NCBI RefSeq assembly: GCF_009914755.1
Contig: NC_060930.1
DNA length: 64,000 nt
Direction: 5' to 3' (one strand)
Source: the human T2T-CHM13v2.0 reference genome, Homo sapiens
Shown in pieces: positions 1-64,000 of this stretch (positions are counted from its first letter, which is position 1; every line of letters begins with the position of its first letter). Below the pieces are notes generated by a model. The model made no database searches and was not told where the DNA came from. It was given only the letters and a program-made list of their open reading frames with translations. A program made the position numbers and the translations under genes.

Positions 1-532
<532 letters not shown>

Positions 533-556
533 TATTTTGTTTGTTTCATCTTCCAG

Positions 557-6823
<6,267 letters not shown>

Positions 6824-6909
6824 CCGCAGCCCCGTCAAACATCTTCAAAGTATTATTTCTCCCTCACTACAGGAAAGAGCCAAAGCCCAACCCTCATAAT
6901 AGATGGATA

Positions 6910-6931
6910 CATTCATTCATTCATTCATTCA
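6910..6931 (+). repeat. (CATT)n tetranucleotide run, probable L2 tail remnant, in the ATAT1 distal 3'UTR
   Basis: cattcattcattcattcattca. Confidence 0.7.
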
Positions 6932-6975
6932 GCAGGCTTATCAGATTCAAGTCATTTGTATCTTTTAACCAGACC

Positions 6976-6981
6976 AATAAA
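6976..6981 (+). terminator. ATAT1: Poly(A) signal, ATAT1 distal 3' end
   Basis: AATAAA ~150 nt after TGA 6823, T-rich downstream. Confidence 0.8.
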
Positions 6982-7411
6982 AGTATTTATTTTTATCACA
7001 AGAGCTGTTGAAAAATTTGACTCATTATTTCAGCCGCCTCACCCCTCACTGTCGTTGCACCCATTCAGCCTTCAGCCCTGTTTTTGCTCAGCTTTTTGCT
7101 CAAAGGCCTCAGCTGTGAATACAGCGCTTGGGGGGGCGGGGGAGGCTGTAACTTGCGCAAGCGCACTCAGGCAGTCTCCGAGCCCGCGGGCGCAGGCGCG
7201 CTTACAGCCGACAGAGCGCTTCAGCCGCTTCCCTCGAGCCTGCAGTGCGCAAGCGCGGGACATCTCCGTTTCCCTCCCTCAGCCCCTTCCCCCCCTACCC
7301 CCCCGCCCCGGCCTCCTTTCCCCTTCACGAAGCCGGCTCTGGGGCGCGCTCACCCCTGTGAGGAGGCCGGAGGTCGGACTCAGGAGGCTCCTTCTCCACT
7401 CCCGGAAGATC

Positions 7412-13089
<5,678 letters not shown>

Positions 13090-13252
13090 TCCTTGACCTT
13101 GGAGTGGAGGCAGCACTGAAGACTGCTACGCCCAAGAGAAGGAGGTGGAGGCAGCCAAGAATCTCAGGAGCCAGCTTCCTCTCCTCGTTTCTCTCCTTCC
13201 TTCCTTTCCATCTCATGCTGTGTAAAGCTGCTGTGTAATTTAACTTGTAAAT

Positions 13253-13258
13253 AATAAA
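13253..13258 (+). terminator. C6orf136: Poly(A) signal of C6orf136 (alternative ATTAAA at 13358-13363)
   Basis: AATAAA 164 nt after stop, preceded by TGTA elements. Confidence 0.75.
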
Positions 13259-13326
13259 GTTTAACTGACTATATGAGATAGAATTTCACATATCACTTTC
13301 TCTAGATCCCAAATGTTCCCACAAGC

Positions 13327-13349
13327 TTTATTCCAAAAATAATTTTATT
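13327..13349 (-). terminator. DHX16: Poly(A) signals of DHX16
   Basis: TTTATT at 13327-13332 and 13344-13349, 67-89 nt past the TAA at 13416. Confidence 0.8.
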
Positions 13350-13415
13350 TAATAGGTATTAAATAATGTATAGAAGGAAAAGGAGCTGGTGTCAGGTTCT
13401 GTTTACGTCCTTCTC

Positions 13416-33310
<19,895 letters not shown>

Positions 33311-33492
33311 TTTTTTCTTCATTTCGCCTCTGTCCAGTTTCTCTGACGCCCCCTGATGGTCAGTCTGTGAGTGCTTCGCTCACGCATTCATTCAACAAGT
33401 GAAATTAATTTAATGGATGCCTAATGTGTGCTCATTGCTTTCCGTCCCTGGGATATAGCAGAGGACAAATCAAAAGTTCCTTACCAAATTTA

Positions 33493-36025
<2,533 letters not shown>

Positions 36026-36610
36026 TTTAGGCCTTTAACGATATAAAATCCATTGTCTATCAGAGGGGAACCTTTTCCAGGAAACTGACTCTTGTACATA
36101 CTTACTTCATTTTGCAGCAATTTCAGATTTAGTATTCGTAGCCCCAGCTCTTTAAGTAAGTATCCCTGGATTAGCCACATGGGTTGTGTCATACACTACC
36201 TAGCTGCCTTCATGGCAGCAGGCTTCTGAATACTAGAACCCTTCAACTCAAAGTGTCCTCTGTAATATTTTAACCCTTTTCTTCTATTCATTCATTTGTT
36301 GTCATTCATTCTAGAAATAATTCCGTGTCTACTAGTTGACAGGTACAGGATATTGCAGTGAATCCAGCTGATGTAGTCAGCCCTCATGGCACTTCCAGTC
36401 TAGTGGACACTTCAACTGCCCTTTCTCATGTCACCTGCTTGTCCTGCGTGAAACCCACGTGCAGCTTCCCAGACCCCTTTTGACATGTCAGTGCCGAGTT
36501 CCTGGTTCATCCCCCATCATTTTCCTCTCCCCCAGCCACCAGAGCCTCCCCTCACATACCCTTTTTTTTTCCCAAAGAAGGAGAAGCAGACGAGTTGAAG
36601 AGAACTCCAT

Positions 36611-36616
36611 TTTATT
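36611..36616 (-). terminator. PPP1R18: Poly(A) signal of PPP1R18
   Basis: TTTATT ~860 nt past the TGA at 37475. Confidence 0.75.
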
Positions 36617-37474
36617 ATGGAAAGTTAAAAAACAAACAAAACAAAACAGGCAATTGATAAAGGCGGCACAATGGGGAAGGAGAGGTGAGGTGTCTCCTTA
36701 GCCACCCGACACCATCTCAATTCAGTTCAATTGTGAACCACTAGGAGAAACAGAATTAAATAACTATCAAGGGGTACAGAGTTAAGAGTTCCAGCCTTCC
36801 CTCTTGGGGAAAACTAAGGCAAAGTAATACTGAGAAAAAGTGGAGGAAGCCACACCTTCAGGTCACTCCAATGAGGAGACTGGAGGGGACAGAGGAGAGA
36901 ATTCCACGCAGACACAGCAAGTAAGCGTGGCTTGTAAACCTGGGACTTTGGCAGGTGGGGCTGGGAGCTGATGGAATTTGTAAACCAGGCTGTGGTCAAG
37001 GGAGGAGGCAGGAGCTGTAAACAAAGGGGCAGTGACCTAGGAAATGAAGGAGATGTGCCTATAAATGGAGTGGGGTCTGGGCCTCCCAGAGAGACGAGTG
37101 CTTAAATCCCGAGAGTCCCCACGGGATGGTGGGGAGGAAGGCTGTGGGGAGAGTGTACCCTGCCATGGGGGGCAGGTGCTCCATCTCCACCCTCCAGGGA
37201 GTTCTGTGCCCCTTCTCAGGACTTGGCGCTCACTCTTGGATGACCTAGGATGCACCAGCACGTTTAACCCCACCCACACCAGGGACTTTGGATTAGGGTA
37301 GAAATTGGGCAATTGGCTCTGCCCCCAGAAACAGGGTGGGGAAAGCAAGTTACAAGATGTTGGTTGCCCTTCCCTGCCAGGCTCATTATCAGGGTCTGTC
37401 TGCCCTGAATCTTCCGGGCTCCAGGATCTTCAGTTATAAGAAGGAGGGAGGTATATCCCTATGTTGGAAGATGG

Positions 37475-46224
<8,750 letters not shown>

Positions 46225-46789
46225 GGTCGTCTTGAGGTGAGGGTAGGGAGCACTGGGGACAGAGAACAGGAAGGAGAGGCTCCAGAGAGTGAGACAGCCC
46301 GGGGGTGAGACTGAGGGTGGGAGGAGAGGAAGTGGAGGGGGAGAGGTGGGACACAAAGCAGGGCAGAGGGGCTAAGGATGAGGACAGAGGGAAAGACGGA
46401 AGGCAGAGAACTGGGGAAATGGAAAAAGTGAAGAGAAGTTGTGAGCCCAAGTTGGGGGTGGTGGGGGTGATGTGAGAGGAAGAGTCCGGATTGGAGGCAA
46501 TGAGGGCAGGAGCCAGATGTGGCAGCACAGGGTTAATGCGTATTAAAGACCGTCTCTAGGATGTGAGAAAGAGAGAGAAGGGCGAAAAGGAAAGTTGGCG
46601 TGAGGGAGAAGAGAGAAATGTGGCAGGGGTGAGGGGAACCTGGGTGCAGGCCAGGCTGCCTCAGCGATACCCCAGGGAGGCTAGTGTGGGAAGGAAGGAC
46701 CAGGAATCCCTGAAAGGACCAGGAGGCAACGGGACCTGAGGGGGTGTTGGGGAGGCAAGGAGGGGCGGAGAGCGAACAGGTCTAGAGGA

Positions 46790-48160
46790 GAAGGGAAACC
46801 AGGGAAGAGGGGAAAGGAGGGCGGCGGCAGCAGCCGGGCGCGTCTCAGCGCGGGCCCCAAAGGTCCCGGCTCCGCTTCCAGCACCGCTCGGGCCACGCCT
46901 CTCCCCAGCCCCCACCCCTCTGCCCCGCACTCCGCCCCCGAGGCGGGTCGGGGGAAATACCCACCCCCGAGACTTTCGGAACCCGGGCGTCAGGGCTGCC
47001 AGCGCGTTCCCAGAACCCTGGCGTCCACCCCCACCCTGTCCTGTCACCACCGCCTGCCTCCCCCACCGACTGCCCCACGCGACCCCAGAGTGCCAAGGGC
47101 CGGCTCCATGTCTCTTCTCCCCGGCGCCTGCAAGTCCTGCGCCCCGTCCCCGCTCTCATGAAGCCGTGACAGAGCCGGCCGTCTCCACCCCGCTGTAGCC
47201 GCACAGACTGACAATCTCGGCACAAAGAGGAGACAGCCAAGGTCCGGGCCAGGGACGGGAGCAAGGACAGGGGCGAGGAGACACCCACTCCCCAAGTCTG
47301 AGCCCCTCAGTCAACTCACAGGCCGCGGGACCCCCGGGGGAGGGGGTGCGGAGGAGCCGGGCGTCCAGAGAGAGGAAGAGGAGGAGAGAGGGACCGAGGG
47401 AGATCCGGAGACTGGAGGGAGGGGAGGAGGGAGGGAGAGGAGGAGGGAAAGAGGCAGCAAAGGAGGAGGGACGGAGACAGAGACCAGGGGGCCGGGCGGG
47501 GGCGGCGACCGCTTTGTCTAAGGACAATGAGGAGAGGGAAGGGGGCGCAGGGCGGAGCCGAGGAGAGGGCGGGGCCTAGATCCCTCCCACCCCGCGTGGG
47601 ACTCGCTGCGGGACTGCCCTCTTCTCGCCCCAACCACTGGTCCTCCGCTCTGTCCCCAGGGGCCCTCACCAGCTTCCCGCCCGGACACGCCAGGTGTCCA
47701 GATCCCTTCCCCCAGCTCGCCGACCCAGGGCGGTGGCCCGTGACTCAGGCCCCTCGTGGGACTTTGGGAGGAAGCGGCAGCTGCTCCGAGCGGGGCCCGC
47801 CCTTCCCATCTCCTGCCGCTCCTCCCTACGCTTTTGCCTTCTCATCTGGGTCTGTAGGTCCAGCCTCTGAAGTCCTTTGTTTTGCGGGGTCGAGGGCAGC
47901 CGCCAGGCTGTGGGGGGCTTTGTGGATGGGCGGCAGGAGAGGCGCTCAGAAGCCAGAGGTTTTGGATGCTCCCTCCCCTACCAGAGCTGCTGCCCCGACT
48001 CTTTCTAGCTTCAACCTGTCTCCCTTGGGTCTACAGGTCGGCTGCCGGGAAAAAGGGGATTTGAAGGAATGGGAATGGGGACCCGGCCGCTCTGGCAAAG
48101 TGGGGGCGGGTCTGCGGGGGTGGCCGAACCCCAGCGGTTGCCAGAGGGCGTGGTGGCTGC
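46790..48160 (-). promoter_or_regulatory. PPP1R18: CpG-island promoter of PPP1R18, with candidate non-coding first exon ending at donor 47320
   Basis: CpG-rich; multiple GC boxes (GGGGCGGAG, GGGCGGGGC); AP-1 TGACTCA 47741-47747; GTGAGT donor on - strand at 47314-47319. Confidence 0.7.
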
Positions 48161-48272
48161 CCAGACTCCAGTTCGGTGCTCCCAGGCTCCCTCTGGCTTT
48201 CTTTCCCAAACTCAGCCCTGTAGCTTGGGAGACACTGACAGACTGCATGCCATATGTAGAAAAAGGCTGACT

Positions 48273-48278
48273 TTTATT
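48273..48278 (-). terminator. NRM: Poly(A) signal of NRM
   Basis: TTTATT ~590 nt past the TGA at 48867. Confidence 0.75.
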
Positions 48279-48866
48279 TTCCTGCAGAGCATCTTCCTCG
48301 GGAGAGCAGGGAGCCCCAAGTCATCGAGTTAAGAGCAGGAGAATCCCCTTGACTAGGTTGGGGTCTGAGCCCAGAGGCAGGGCCTAAGGAGGTGCAGAGA
48401 CTAGGGCCGGGAGTGGTGAGGCAAGGTTGGGGCCTGGAGGGACAGCTATGACCGTTGAACTTGCAGACCCTGGTCCACCTTCTTGGAGTGGAAGCCAGCG
48501 GTGCAGAAGGGGACCCCTGAGGCGCAGAGGCAAGTAACAGTGCCAGGGGAGTGGTCAGGGCAGATCCTTTCCTTCTCAGGAGGCTGTTGAGGGGGAGAGT
48601 GTCATGCTCTAAACAGTGAAGGGACAGATGACTTCCATACCCCACTCTTCCTTGCTGGTGAGAAGTGGACCTTGGAGTTCAGTGGCTGAAACTCAGAATT
48701 TAGGGTATGGAGCTGGACCCAGAGAATAAAGTCTCAAGTAGTAGAAGGGGCATCTCCTTCAGTCCATGGATTTGGGCCTCTGGCATGAAGCAGCCAGGGC
48801 CTGGATGTTAAGGATTTAGAATTCAGTGGGAGAGGAAGAACAGGGCTTGTAACCAGAGTGAGCTCC

Positions 48867-51180
48867 TCACTCTGCCTCCCCATCCTGGGGCCGAGAGAGC
48901 AGGTGGAGTTTTCTTTGTAGCTGGGCCCGGAGGTAGCGGAGGTCTTGCTGATCAAGCCCGTGAGCCAGGCCCAGGTAGAGGGTAAGGAGGAAAGCAAGGA
49001 GGAGACGGTCCGTGCCCAGGGTAGGCACCACCCACAGCACTGTCAGCAGCTCCACACACACTGGGTGGCGCAGGTGGGAGAAGAGTCTGAGAGCCCGGGG
49101 AGACTTCAGGGCCAGAGGCTCGCCCAGCCCCAGCACATGGTAGTATACCTAAGAGAGGGAGAAGAGCTTAGAAATGGAGTCAAGCCCTTTTCTCATCTTG
49201 GGCACTTCTTTCCTCCTCTTCCAGGCACCACCCTTCTAGAACTCAGGCCCAGGAACCCCCCTTCTGAGACTTGGATCCCTGATCCTGACTTCTGATCCAT
49301 GTACCTTCCCCAGGCCCAGGAGGCCCATGCTTGCTGCCCTTACGAGGGAAAGTCAAAGGGAAGGGCCACGAGGGAGAAGCAGGGAGACAGTAGAAGAGCA
49401 TGGGAGGAGGGAAACCCTTGAAAGGGAACGAGGAGTTCTAAAACGGGTCAGAGGTCATAGGTAGGGATCTCGGAGCCTCACCTGTTTGAGGCCCATGAGC
49501 TCAGCATAGTCAAAGACGAGAAGGATGCTAAAGATGAGGAGCCAGGAGATGACATGGAGCACAAAGCAGAGGAGCGGCACCCAGGTGGCCCATGGCTCAG
49601 CCCGAGCCTCCCACAACACAGGGCCTTTGGGTATGGGCTCCCAGTACCGCATCACCAGCTGTGGAAGGATAAGGGGCTGGGTATCCCAGTGGCCTAGTCT
49701 GCCCGACCTTGGGAGACCCAGACCCAGATCTGCCCCCACCACAGGCTAGCCTGCAACTCTCCCCCACCTCTCTCCTAAGCATCACCACCAAATATTCACC
49801 ATGTGGAGGGTGCGTGCTGGGTGAGGTCCCAAAGATGTAAGGATGGCCTGTCTCTACCCTGAGAACTTATAGAATAGATGGGGTGACCTGATAGCTACGC
49901 AAAGTAGTAGCCTGTGCCAACCACCCAGTGAAAAGACAGACAAGGCCTTCTCTTCAGACCTAGGGAAGTGGTTTTGAAGAAAGGGTAGGACTGAAGAGAA
50001 GGGATCTCAAGCAGGACATAAACAAAGTTGCAGAGGTGAGAAGCATATCTTGTGCTTAGGGAAGGACAAGTACACCCTTCTTGATAAAAAGTAGGATATG
50101 TGCTGTGGAGGAATGGAAGCTGAGATTAGTTCCTCAATTCTCCTCCTGAACCCATATTTTGCCCCTCCAATCCACGGCACCCCTCCCACACTTGGTCTCC
50201 CTTGGGGACTCAACTGCCAGGATTTCATACCTGCAAGGCCAGGGCCTCATACCTGCAAGGCCAGGGCAGTGCAGGCCACATACAGTGACCTCTGAAGGAC
50301 CCCAAAGTACCGGGATGTCCATGCCTTCACTCTTTCAGCTGCCATGAGGCTGTGCTGCCCAACAAATAGAAGCAGGAGCCCCAGATCCCATGCCAGGGGG
50401 GCAAGGATGCTGCGGTCCTGCAGGGCAGCCAGCCATCCCTGGCGGGCATCTACAGGAAGTTGAGGGAAAAAGAGACAAAAGATCGAAACAGTGGCAGAAT
50501 GTTTCCCCCACCCTCATCTCCTCTTGGATCCCCAGGCCATGTCCCTTACTGCTTTCAAGAGCCTTAATGCTTCCTCTCTAGGCTGTGCCCATCTCACTTT
50601 TCCATCCCTAGTTTCTGCCCTCTTCCCTAGGCCTCCTGCAAACCTGGGGAAGAGGATTTATAGAACAACACATGTTAGGCAGTTGCAAAAAGCATGGCTG
50701 GAGAGGCCACGCTGGATTGCCCCTCTTACTTCGGTTCTCCAAATGCTCCTTCTTTTTAACACTCTCCTCTCAACAGTCCTCTCTACAAAACACTTTACTT
50801 AGAATACTCCGGTCACCGCCCTTTTCGGCTCCCTCAGTCCTCACTCTCCCGCCTCTCCAAAACTCTAATCCTTGAGTTCCTAATTTAGAACTCAGGTCTC
50901 CCTCCCCTGTAGCTTCTCGGCCGCTTTCAAGGTTCGAGTTCCCTCTCTTGGACTTCCCCTGTCATTTGTTTCCAAGCCCCGCCCTCAATCCCTCTCCTAC
51001 GGCTCCACCTTCCTCCTCCCAGTTCATCCTCGATCCCTCCCGCTCACCCGGACCACCAGACTCCGGGATCCCTCCAAGAAGTGGCCGAAGGGAGGTAAAG
51101 CGCACGAACTCCACTCCGGTGCCAAAGGCCAGGATGAAAGAGGCGAGGGCAGCAGGGATCAGGAGCAGTGCAGGGGCCAT
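48867..51180 (-). CDS. NRM: Nurim, multi-pass inner nuclear membrane protein, 262 aa
   Basis: Exons 51048-51180, 50253-50449, 49482-49658, 48867-49148; total 789 nt = 262 aa + [28 protein letters not shown]...QHSLMA...LMGLKQV...HLRHPVC...SRPQDGEAE. Confidence 0.97.
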
Positions 51181-51460
51181 GGCGAGAAATGGAGGGGTGG
51201 GGAAAGGGGCGGGGTCGGGATTCCCGCTGCCACAGGCCCCGCCCGCGGCCCCGCCCCCGGCTGAATCCAGCCCAGGAGGGCGGGGCTCCTGCACGCCACC
51301 GCCAGGCTTCCGGCCCGCCTGGCGCAGCCTTCCCCATCCAGCTGTGGATCCGTCCTGGGATGCGTGTCCCGGCCTGCTGTCTCTCCGTCACAGAAGGGAA
51401 TGTTAGAATCCCGAGAGAGAGCTGTTAAGGGTAGCGGCTCTGCAGCCGCTCACGTGGGTT
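50900..51460 (-). promoter_or_regulatory. NRM: CpG-island promoter of NRM
   Basis: GC boxes at 51206-51215 and 51236-51285, ETS CTTCCGG ~51307, E-box CACGTG 51451-51456. Confidence 0.75.
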
Positions 51461-51989
51461 GAATCTCAGCTCGTCTAGTTTTCCCATCTAAAATGAAAAG
51501 TTACTGTTTTACCACAAAATAAATTAATGTATGGAATACATTGTACAGAATACAATATACAGAATAAATTCTGTAACTTACTATAAAGTTGAGTTGTTGA
51601 CTGGCCAGTTGCTAAGAATGGCAAATAACTTCTCTGTAAATACTGAAAGGTTTGTTGTAATAGTGCCAGAGATTGTTGATTAGTAACCACGAGAATAAAC
51701 ATGTTAAAATATTTGTGATAGTAACCTTTGTCAGAATTAAAGATCATGCAGCTAAGGACCTTGTCACAGTAGACGTACACATAGTAGGGACCTTAGATAT
51801 CATTAGACTAATTCCATCAACTTATAGATAGAAGAAACAGGTCCAGAGAGATAATTGCCTGAGTTAGGAAGCTGCTAATCCTGTAGGCTAAGGGACCAGA
51901 TAATTGCTGAGCAGCCTCTCGCAGGCTTTACATTCCTTCTCCGTCTCCTGGGCTCAGTACTCCCACCCTCCTCTGAATCAATGCTGTTG

Positions 51990-52636
<647 letters not shown>

Positions 52637-52690
52637 CTTACCACACAAAGCAATGTGCTACAAGCTATGGGGTTCATTGGAAGTGTAAGA

Positions 52691-53990
<1,300 letters not shown>

Positions 53991-54244
53991 AAGAAAGAAA
54001 TCAGGGCCTCCGGGACATGGACAATTTTAGAGTATGAAAGCTTTGAGTTGTGCAAGGGGACTAATATTTATCTGGGTCATACTGTCTGCCACCCCCACAA
54101 TGGCTGTGCTTAATGTATATTATGAGATTAGATATGTTTAATAGCCAGCAAAATGCTTGGCAAATCTCATGCTATTTCTACTACACCAAAGTTTTCCAAA
54201 CTTAAGTATTACTTACATGCAGAAAAGTGTACATAAGTAATCAA

Positions 54245-59100
<4,856 letters not shown>

Positions 59101-59116
59101 TTTAAAATTTAAATCT

Positions 59117-59883
<767 letters not shown>

Positions 59884-60028
59884 TCTTAAGAAATGTCATA
59901 CAAATTGTCCTAAATAGAAGATAATGATGAATTAAATACAAGTCTATGACTTTTTTTTTTTTAAGTTTGTGTCTTGAGACCTAGACATTTTAAAAAACTA
60001 CACTACACCATAAGGCACAGAGTGAATA

Positions 60029-60034
60029 TTTATT
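60029..60034 (-). terminator. MDC1: Distal poly(A) signal of MDC1 (proximal candidate at 60528-60533)
   Basis: TTTATT on + strand at both positions, 3' of the TGA at 60669. Confidence 0.7.
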
Positions 60035-60384
60035 TATCACAGAGGTCAAGCCGAAGCTCTAATTTTATAAATCCTGGAAAAGCTGGCCAGAAAAGTACAG
60101 AGACTTGCCCAAAGTCAAAGCTAAAGATGCTTCCAGAGGCCAGGAGAGAAGAAAATGTTTTAGTAGCACTCCATAACTGGACCCTCAAATCTACTCACTC
60201 CAAGCATCCCTTCAAGTTCCTGACCCCAAAGTAAGAATCTCAGTAAGAAAAAAATAGAGATGGTTTCCAAATAGGAGGTAGGACACCATGAGTGGCATCG
60301 AGCAATAACTGCAACAGTCTGGCTAAAGATAGCTGCCACTTATGACATCTGAGCATGAAACTAGCTAATTTTAAAATGGCCATT

Positions 60385-60455
60385 TAATACATGCATGTAA
60401 GAAATCTTGTATCCCCTAAATCTATACAAATAAAAAACTATAAATACAAATAAAA
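60385..60455 (+). mobile_element. Severely 5'-truncated L1 (L1PB-like 3' terminus) in the MDC1 3'UTR
   Basis: atacatgcatgtaagaaatc..gtatcccctaaatctatacaaataaaaaa plus A-rich tail, flanked by perfect 13-bp TSD TAAAATGGCCATT (60372-60384, 60456-60468). Confidence 0.75.
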
Positions 60456-60668
60456 TAAAATGGCCATTAAAAAAACAAACAAACAAACAAAAAACAACCT
60501 GTGGCTTCCAAATCCCTTATCTTTTCATTTATTCATAAAGATTTCTGGTCCCACCCATGTTCCAGGACAAGTTGTATCAATATACCCCAATCCTTTCTAA
60601 CGCCCTGAGTTCTTTCTTCCACATATCTTCTAATTCGTGGTCTGGGAGGGAAAAGGGTAGTGGAGTTC

Positions 60669-64000
<3,332 letters not shown>

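Noticed and set aside
6956-7411. 385-aa ORF extending C6orf136 152 codons upstream of ATG 7412
   Set aside because: Starts at a non-ATG codon within the ATAT1 3' end, upstream of the likely TSS; GC-rich DNA is stop-poor.
46661-48332. Several 100-250 aa ORFs on both strands in the PPP1R18 promoter
   Set aside because: Typical CpG-island stop-codon depletion; low-complexity products.

Overview
Primate (almost certainly human) genomic DNA from the gene-dense, Alu-rich MHC class I region (6p21.33). Left to right: the 3' half of ATAT1 (+, alpha-tubulin acetyltransferase, three alternative C-termini); complete C6orf136 (+, 6 coding exons, 315/496 aa); complete DHX16 (-, 20 coding exons, 1041 aa, Prp2-like DEAH helicase); complete PPP1R18/phostensin (-, 613 aa); complete NRM/nurim (-, 262 aa); an RPL7 processed pseudogene inside a shattered old L1; and the 3' end of MDC1 (-, tandem BRCT exons). 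All exon chains were rebuilt by hand from GT-AG sites and close in frame. About 60 Alus plus L1, L2, L3/CR1, MIR, LTR33, MER5 and Tigger3 fragments fill the introns and intergenic space. I found no tRNA/rRNA, CRISPR array or foreign insert, and no wholly new multi-gene system. The most unusual signals are: (i) a multi-step template-switch fossil that made a 387-bp, ~94%-identical inverted duplication just downstream of MDC1; (ii) a tandemly duplicated 5' splice site in NRM whose distal copy creates a poison isoform; (iii) C6orf136 as a candidate NRF1-driven mitochondrial NTF2/SnoaL-fold orphan; (iv) nurim as a degenerate ICMT/MddA-type methyltransferase; (v) interdigitated poly(A) signals of C6orf136 and DHX16; (vi) a cryptic 10/20-aa Ser-Pro repeat array in phostensin. 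Gene names and repeat families come from recalled sequences, not database searches.
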